NCBI GenBank assembly: GCA_977018835.1
Contig: OZ361260.1
Coordinates: 1,798,001-1,862,000, forward strand
Reading direction: 5' to 3'
DNA: 64,000 bases
Source of the DNA: Minutocellus sp. GHC0000111
Taxonomy: Eukaryota
The notes under the pieces are model-generated. The model had not been told where the DNA came from. It saw nothing but the letters and a program-made list of their open reading frames with translations, and ran no database searches. Of the stretch, positions 56,011 to 64,000 are shown one piece after another. The position numbers were made by a program, and so were the translations under genes. How positions within the stretch are numbered: the stretch's first letter is position 1; each line of letters starts with the position of its first letter.

Positions 56011-59000
56011 ATGTCGTCCTCCAAAGAAAGTCAAGTCCACCCGAAAACCGTCATCAGTAATGAGGGGGAAAGTGACCAGGTTTCTTCTCATGTGCCGGAA
56101 ATCGACGACGGCGACAATATATCTCCGCAACAAGAAGAGGCAGAGGACACCGCAACGTCTCCCGACTCTTACGATGATAATGACGATGACGAGTCATACT
56201 GGACCGATGATGGCGGTGGGTATGGAGATGACGATGCATCGTACGACCCTCGATGTCTGCCCGAGATGCCATTGCTAAAATATGGCCGAATCGTAGGGTC
56301 GTTGTCTCGGCTCAGCAGTTCGGGTGGACAGCATGGACAGGATGGGGCAGATGCCGGAGCTGGACCTGGAACTGGATCTGCTGGTGGGGCAGGTGGTGCT
56401 TCGTCGGTAGTCTCCTCTGCTTCAGCAGCAGCGGCATCATCTGCAGTAGCGGCTACTCCAACCCCCGCCGAACCTCAACCTCTGACGGTTCCTGTATCCT
56501 GTCAGTGCATGGGGCGGGTAGTCCTAGGTCCAGGAGCCAGGGTTTACTCATCAGACGCCGCGCCGGCGGTCGCTGCAACACAGGCACAATCCTCTTCGTC
56601 TACAGGAGGAAAGATGCCGCCCAGCGCGGCATCAGGGGGCAGATCGTCGTCGTCTGGTCCAGCTGGGGATGATGTAACCGCCAAAACCCGCCATGTTCTT
56701 GCCCTGGGCTTTGCCGATGGGGCTGTTCGCGTTGTCGATCCCATATCGGGCGTGGACATTGTCCCCCCTGGCAAGCTGGTGGTTCCGGCTGCTGGTATTG
56801 GTGATGTTTTGATGCAACGAGGAGGAGGTGGCGGGGCAATTGTCAAAACAAAACGGATCGTGGCCCTATCCTTCGATGCGTCGGGCACGTTCCTTGCGGC
56901 CATCAATGCCAATGGAGATGCCGCTGTCTTTGAGCTCAAATACATCACAGGTGATGCAAGGGCGACGGCGGCCGTGCGAACCGGCGGTGAAGGAGCAACG
57001 ACTAATAAAGATGACCATATTGCCAATCTTCTTTCGGCTTGGAAGCAGCAACAACAGCAGTACCATCAGCAGGCGACGCAGCACCCTGCCGCAGCTGACG
57101 ATGATGCGGACCAAACAAATCAATCTTCTCTTGAAAGCACCCCGGCTGCGGCAACATCATTGCTTGGCAACCTTACTGTGACATTGCCGATACCAACCGC
57201 TAGATTCGCTTATCCCAGATCGACTCATTCGGTACCGACCTGTCTGGTGATCGATCCAACATACCGACGCAGGAGGGAGAAGTCTGTTTTGGTTGGATTT
57301 GCTGATGGAAGGTTGATTCTGACCAAACGAGGGATGCTGTTCAGTCGCAGAAGTGATTCGGTGATTTATCAGGGTGTTGGGGGGGGGGCAAGCAAAGGGG
57401 GCACACAGGGAGGCATTGAGGCGGTAACTTGGAGAGGGTGCTTGGTTGCCTGGGCAGATGCTAGTGGAATTAAGCTCTTTGATATTGACGACATGATTCG
57501 TATTGCGCACATTGATAGGCCGTCTGGGGCCCGGGCGAGTCTCTACCCAACCATTTCGTCACTCCGTCCTTCTCTCCTATTTGAGCGTCCCAACTCCCTC
57601 TTGATTGCCTGGGGCGATTGTATCATGTCGATGCTTGTGAAGGAAAGAGCAGCGAGGGCAGGCACAACGTCAGTGAACAGGACCGAGGGAGGCAGTAGTA
57701 CAGCTGGATCTGGATCCCCCAAGGCCGCGAGAAGGCGTGTCGTTGAATGCAGTGCCGCGTGGGAACTTGATTGTGTTGCGTGTGGGGCTGTGCCACTTGA
57801 TGGAAAGCATTGGGCCGTTCTTGGTTTGGTTCCTAAGCCGCCCTTGGACGGCGATGATAACGACGAGAAAATTGCGCCTCATGATATATCATTGCCCACA
57901 TCAAGCGCGGGAAATCTAGTTGAGCTTCAAATCATTTCACGTACTGCGGGAACCGTCGTTGCTACCGATGCTCTTCCTCTGATCAATTTACCAGCGGAGA
58001 GCATGGCCGAGAGTGGTGCGGGCGTTGCCGATTCTGGCATCGATTTTTCCCTTATTTCGTCATATTGCACCGCCAGAATGGACGAGGCATTAGAAGTCGA
58101 GGAGGAAGAATTGAATGGAAGCGTGGAAGATCACGATGCTCAAGTTGCAATGTACGAAGCTCTTACGGGCGAATCGGCCTCAAATTCATCCCATCAATTC
58201 TTGGACCCTCACCTGAAATGGAGCATCGATACAATACGTTTCACAGAGGATGAAGAGGAATTCGTTGATGAACAAAAGAAAGAAGATGCAGCACTCGACG
58301 ATGAAGAGAATGATGCTGACAGTGTGTACAGCGATGATTACAATTTCCTTTTCCGCCCCGCTCCAGCTACGAGGCAGTCCAGCGCAACGAAGCAGATCCC
58401 GAGCCTACTTTCTGTTGAGCCTCCCACAATAGTTGTCGCATCATCCCGCGATTTGGTGCTGGCTAGGACGAGGGATATTGACGACGCCGTTTCCCATGCC
58501 CGAACAGCCGGAATGCCGGGAAAGGCATTGCAGATAGCCCTACGAGATACGAGAATGGTACGGAGGCACAACCTGAATTACCTTATCGACGACTATCTTT
58601 GTTCCTTGTTGCGCTTGCGAGAGAACCCAACAAATTCTATGGATCCTGCCGCTCAAAACGGTGAAAAGATTTCCCCTCTGACAGTGTCCAGGTTGCGTCT
58701 CGCAGCCAAGGCAACTCCAAGGTTGCTCGGTGGGCACGTTGAAATGTGGCGCAAATGGATAAAGCAATTTGCTTCCATTCCCGGTGGTCTCTTTGTATTG
58801 AGAGAGTACCTGCCCGTGCGAGGTAAGTTCATATGAATTACCGCCTATGTGAATTGTTTGCGTCTATGTGAATTGTTTTTCATCGGGCCTAGCCAAGCAC
58901 GTCTTGTAGTTTTTCTATCAAAACCTAATCACATCTTCTTACCACCCAACAAATGATTGCCTTTGCAGATCCAAAGCTGCCATCAAAAGTTTATGAAATG

Positions 59001-61165
59001 GTCATGGTGCAGATGTTATCTGAACTCGAGACGATGGCAAGCGGCGATTCTGGGTCTGTACCGAAAGCAGCCGTCCTCTACCAAAATGCGGCCGACCTCT
59101 TTCTGAAAACCCTTCGCTCTTGGGGACCAACATCTTCCATCAGCGAGCGCATCAAGGTCCATCGAGTTTTCAGCACCATGCAGGTATTGAACGAGCGAGC
59201 AGCATCTTCGGTTTCCTATCCTGACATCGAAGAAGCCAAGGCTGATCTTCACAATCGACGGCACCAAACAGTTGTTGGGAATCTACAGACCGCCCAGACG
59301 TCGTCAGCTCAGGTCGGGGCGGCCCAGCATGCCCTGGACAAGTCGCTCGATGGTGCCAGCTCTTCTGTTTCCACATTTGACTCTCTTTTCGGCATTGATA
59401 ATGTGAGGAAGTACCTTGAAGAACAACTGAACAACAAAGTGCGCGAAGAGAACGAATTGCCTTCCGCCACCGATGACGATGTTTTGCAGATTGATGACCC
59501 CAGACGCGTAATAGCAGCAACGAAGTTGGTTGCCCTTTCCGAGCTTCACTTTATGAAGGGTCAACATGAAGAAGCTCTGAAATTGCATCTTGCAGTGGGC
59601 GCCAATTACTCAGAACAATCTCTCACCGAACTGGAAAATGAGGCGATAAAGATTGTGAATGCATCCAACAAAGCGACCTTACCAAGAGAAGCAGCCCCAA
59701 ACCAAGAATCGAGGTCATCTTATCATCACGTCCTGGGCCATATTGAGTATCATCATCTCCATTGGTGCCTCCTGGAAACGCAGTTTCTATCATCTGCACC
59801 GATCGGGAGTAAACGTGGAACAGAGGTAGGTGCAAATCAGTCACCGATCCTTTCTCTAATTCGCCTTGTCGGGCTTGAATTGAGTGGTCGGTTCCTTGTC
59901 GATCATTGCTCTTTACCTCACCCAACTGCTTCGACTGGGCGAAGACAAAATCAAGTATCGCAAGCAAACAGAAACAGATCCCAGACTCTACCTCTGGATG
60001 CAGTCGCCGAACAGCTTCGGCCTACTCCCAAGATATTACATTGGTACTTGACGCAGGTCTTTTTACACAAGCCCGAGGTCTACGTCAAGTTCCCCAACAC
60101 GGCCGTTCCACCAAAAGCAGTAACAGATTTGCATCGAGTTCATCTTGAGTTGCACATAAAGTATGCCGCAAATAGCGCCGATAAAGACCGAAAACTTTCA
60201 GAAGTTCCCGCGTATGACGATGCCAATACCGAGACGCCCTTGCTCATGTTCCTCAAGGTGAGTTCATTCCATCTCTTAAATATCTTCCTTTGACTTTGCG
60301 CTTCTTTGCTCAATGCGCTTCTTTCGTCTATTCAACCATTGCGTAGGCTGCTCTCCCTCACGGAGGAACTCGCCCCGATGATGTTCGGAGAATGCTCGAG
60401 GTTTATCGAGAGGGCAGAACTACGTCTAATTTGCCTGGCTCGCCGTCGGGACCTATCAGGGGTATCCGTTATCCGCATTTGTTTGCGAGAGAACTCGCCT
60501 ATGTCATCGACCGCTACGGTTCTGGTTCAGAAGAAGACTCGAGAACGATCCTCCAGTTATATCTGGAAGGTGCCAAGTCACTACCTCTAGCCGTGGCATA
60601 CGCTCAACGAAACAAGGCCCATTCAACAATGCTATGGGATTCTCTTGTGTCCTACTGTCTGGATCCCAAGCCAAAGCTGACGCGGAAACGGAAAGGAAAG
60701 AGAAAGGACTCGATTTCGGACAAGGAGGATGGCCATCTCTTTGGTGCCCTGCTCGAAGTAGCAGCTCGAAGCGGCGCGGATCTATCGCACCTTGTAAGCA
60801 AAATTCCAAAGGGGATGCAAATCGAAGGTCTTCGTCCAAGGCTGATTGCATCGATTGCCGACTATAGAGTAAAGGTACAGATGCACAAGGCCGCAGCCGA
60901 GGTTTTGAACAAGGACAAGGTTGATCTATTGAGAGAACTGGCACAAAATTCCAGGCGCGGCACTCGCATCGGGCTCTCAGCAGTAACTGATAATAACGAG
61001 ATGGAAAGTCTCGACGAGAATGGAAGCGGCGCTGATGATCCCGAGGGCTTGGCAGCCAAGGCAAAAATAGATGCCAAAGCATTGATTGAAAAAAAGGGAG
61101 ACCGTTTGTCTATGCATCCGGAACGTACTGGGATCATTCGGTCGAAGGCTCTGGCGATTCGATGA
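56011..61165 (+). CDS. VPS41: Vps41-like HOPS subunit, 3 exons (56011-58822, 58969-60257, 60347-61165)
   Basis: P.LKY.R, beta-propeller repeats, IEAVTWRGCLVAWADASGIKLFD, 'RDIDDAV', and C-terminal LWDSLVSY...IPKGMQIEGLRPRL. Both introns are GT-AG and in phase. Confidence 0.82.
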
Positions 61166-61258
61166 GAGGGATTGTTACTTTAAAACTATTTTACCATTTC
61201 TACGTATATTCAAATGTAAATCTTTTGGCCTGCATCCCTGAACAAATTATTGTTTCTC

Positions 61259-62310
61259 CTATAATCTAACCATTGGGCAAGCGACGACGAAATGTTGTGA
61301 CTTGGAATGCGGAGCCGATGACATTTGAGTCGAGGTCGCTGATGGCGTAGGTTCTGACTGGACCCGCGTCAGTCGGGGAATCCTACCACTTGCGCCACTA
61401 GATGTAGGGGTGTTGCCGACCTTCCTAATATCTCTTGGATCACCCTTGGCTATTGAATCAACAAAGTCTCTGTATGCATGCCTGGCGCAGAGCGACCCAG
61501 TGTAGACTTCAGCCCCGATTATTGTAAATGCCAATAGCCAACAGAGCCAAGATCCAGAACACGATGCGTTGACAGCAATTTGCCCGAACGATGCCAACAC
61601 CAGCAAGCCAAATAACCAAACCCAACATACGCCACTATTTCGTTGCAGATGGTTAATCTCGTTCACAGGATATGCCGACCTAGCATCGCCTACAACAAGC
61701 AGCTTCGCACTCCCCAATGCAACACATTTGTAGAATGTTTCTCTCGACACATGCGTGTATCGCCTTCGATGCATTGTACCTATCTGATCGGCAACCGATG
61801 ATGCATACGCCTCTGCACCCCCTACAAATCTATCCTTTTCTTGCTCTTCTACTTCTCCTACTCCATGTATTAGCTGCTCCTGCTCCAAATCTTCGTTCTC
61901 GCCTTCCACAACACAGGCGGCAAACAGCGGATCATATTCAACGACGATTTCGTGCTGCTTGTAGCTTCTACCATCGAGGTCAGTGCGTGTTCGGGCGTTG
62001 CGTTCCACCACGATGCCGCGGACGGACATTCCCTCTTCGAGATACTTTTTGACGATATCAATCCTGGACATCCCGGATATCCCGGACATTCCCTCTTCGA
62101 GATACTTATCCCGGACATTCCCTCTTCGAGATACTTTTTGACGATATCAATCCTGGCCCTCCAGAGTTGGTAGCAGTAGGCAAAGGTCGCTATGGCCAAT
62201 GGGCAGATACAAACGCAAATGAAGATGGCAATCTTGAAAGCATCTTTCCCAACATATCGACACCATGAATGCTGCTGAGAAGAGTCATTGGCGCAAGGAA
62301 GCTCGCCCAT
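61259..62310 (-). pseudogene. uncharacterised membrane protein frameshifted by an 89-nt internal duplication
   Basis: ORFs 61870..62310 and 61259..62089 both contain RIDIVKKYLEEGMS. Removing 62068-62156 fuses them. The true start may lie further upstream. Confidence 0.65.
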
Positions 62311-62736
62311 GATCGATGCACCACTCTCAGTCGTTTGATCGGCATCTTTGGCGGCTACAATGGGCGAAAGATACTCGGCATCATCACCATCACCAGCCTC
62401 CTCCTCTTCACTGGCAATAAATGTGGCAGTAGAACCGATCGCCTGAATGAGCGTACATGTTCCCCGCGCGTCGATGATTCATCTGTTATTGCCGTTGATC
62501 GTCCACTCAAGATACCAACCAGCCGTTGCTTTGCAATCATGCAGCCATGAAAGTGCGCCGCCGCTTGGCCCCTTGACCTGCGACATATGACATCGTGCGC
62601 TGACATCGTGCGCTCGCTCGGCCGAGGGTTGGTTGTATTTCTGTTACATCATTATATCGTCAATAAGGCCCTTTTTTGGCGGGTGCGCGGCCAGCTCGGC
62701 TTTCAGATCAACTCATTCCCAGACGACGAAGCAACC

Positions 62737-64000
62737 ATGGCAACCATCCGGTAAGTCGGAACCGCCCGATCGACCCCAAAGCATCACCACCTAAACACAT
62801 AATGTTTGAAAGGCATATGAGGCATTTGGAGTCGGTTTTCTGTTGGTTGTGCGGCACAAGTTGTGTTTGGAGCGAAGATGGGTTGGCCAAAAATGCGAGA
62901 GCAAACACCTTTCCCAAGAATGACGGAGACGGACAAGGCCACCGACGATGTGACGAGTGGAATGCAGGGAGCTTGCGACGGTCTCCTGACTCATATCGTT
63001 CATTGCGATACTGTTAGAAGTGCGCCGGCTTGCATCTCGGTCTCGGATTTTCCCGCCTCGGTTGCGTCTCCCTCTTCCTTGCTCCTCATGGTCACGAGTA
63101 GTAGGGCCGCACGCTCTCAATCGATGCAATGCACTGCGCACCCCACCTTGTACATTTTCCCTACGGACTTCTGCCTCACTAACACCCTCCCCCTCCCAAC
63201 AATACACTTCTCCACTTATATAGATACTTTGTTCCGGAAGACGGCGACAGTGAGACGCACCCCAACGTCTTTCTGGCTCCCAAGGCTGCCCATCCGGGCG
63301 CGCCTCCGACACTCGGTCAGGTCAAGGGTGCCTTTCCCCTCCCGGGTCGCTACCACTTCCGCTTCAAAAGTCCTCTGGTCCCCGGGGCCGATCGCGACAA
63401 GTCTAGCATGGCCGTTTGGATGGATTGCACCGACGATCGGCAGCCCGTGGCCACCTGGAGGGGCACCATCATTGCCAAGGTGACCCGCATCTCGGCCGAC
63501 GATGGCTACGACACCGACGAGGAGTTTGACATGCACCGGAATCAGGCCGCTGCCGGTGCTCCCGCTGCCGCCCCAGCTGCCGCTGCATCGACACCAGCGC
63601 CCGCGGCCGACCCGTCGCTGGATCTGTTTGATTCGCCCGCGACTGCACCTGCTCCCGCGGCGGCAGCTGCCTCGAGCGGTGATCTGTTGGGCGTCCATTC
63701 GGCGGCTCCTCCTGCCCCCGCGGCTGCCAGTGGTGGAGCGGGAAGTCTCTTGGATATGACCGGCCCACCGTCCGGTGGACATCATCAGTCGGCGCCCAGC
63801 TCGGCCCATCACAATGACTTTATGGGAATGACGGCCAGTGCCCCTCCCGCTCAGCAGCAGCAGCAGCAGCAGGCGCCGATGCAGGGTCAACCCATGCGTC
63901 AGACCATGCCGCCTCCTCAGCAGCAGCAACAGCAGGCCTACAGGACACAGGGTAGTTTCGGTTCGCAGCAGCAGGGTGGCGGCGGAACCTTTGGTGATTT
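62737..64000 (+). CDS. DIX-domain protein with clathrin/adaptor-type linear motifs; 14-nt first exon 62737-62750, exon 2 from 63224, runs off right edge
   Basis: Splice gives MATIR|YFVPEDGD...HPNVF...TLGQVKGAFPLPGRYHFRFK...VWMD...IIAKVTR, then a disordered tail with DLF, DLL, SLLDM and DFM. Not present in the supplied ORF track. Confidence 0.82.

Noticed and set aside
62863..63483. 206-aa plus-strand ORF as the gene at the right end
   Set aside because: Its first half lies in the 62751-63223 intron and the rest is out of frame with the DIX domain.

Overview
Gene-dense, roughly 50% GC eukaryotic nuclear DNA, almost certainly from a diatom. The evidence is short GT-AG introns, bipartite 'signal peptide + AF' plastid presequences and diatom-type secreted proteins; the exact taxon cannot be fixed from sequence alone. 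About 29 genes can be modelled. Intact ones: an HSF-type transcription factor, inositol 5-phosphatase, plastid 3xRRM protein, EF-hand/Tic20, BCAT, CGLD27, Cables-like cyclin, RNase Z, CDKC/CDK9, SAM methyltransferase, FKBP, EngB, RTE1/TMEM222, fatty-acid desaturase, 2OG-Fe(II) oxygenase, Arb2/FAM172-like hydrolase, Vps41 and a DIX-domain protein. Highlights: (1) a plastid-targeted selenoprotein MsrA whose GUFW UGA only comes into frame after splicing, with a well-formed SECIS in its 3' UTR; (2) a ~7 kb multi-domain sulfotransferase/SGNH glycan-modifying gene divergent from a mucin-like PS-repeat protein; (3) TA-centred palindromic micro-insertions resembling transposon excision footprints, one breaking an exon; (4) a head-to-head telomeric repeat inside a coding sequence; (5) an F-box-like gene interrupted by an antisense endonuclease III-like fragment; (6) inactivating lesions in 8 accessory-type genes while core genes are clean. 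No rRNA, tRNA, CRISPR array or intact transposase was recognised. All family calls come from motif recognition, not database searches.
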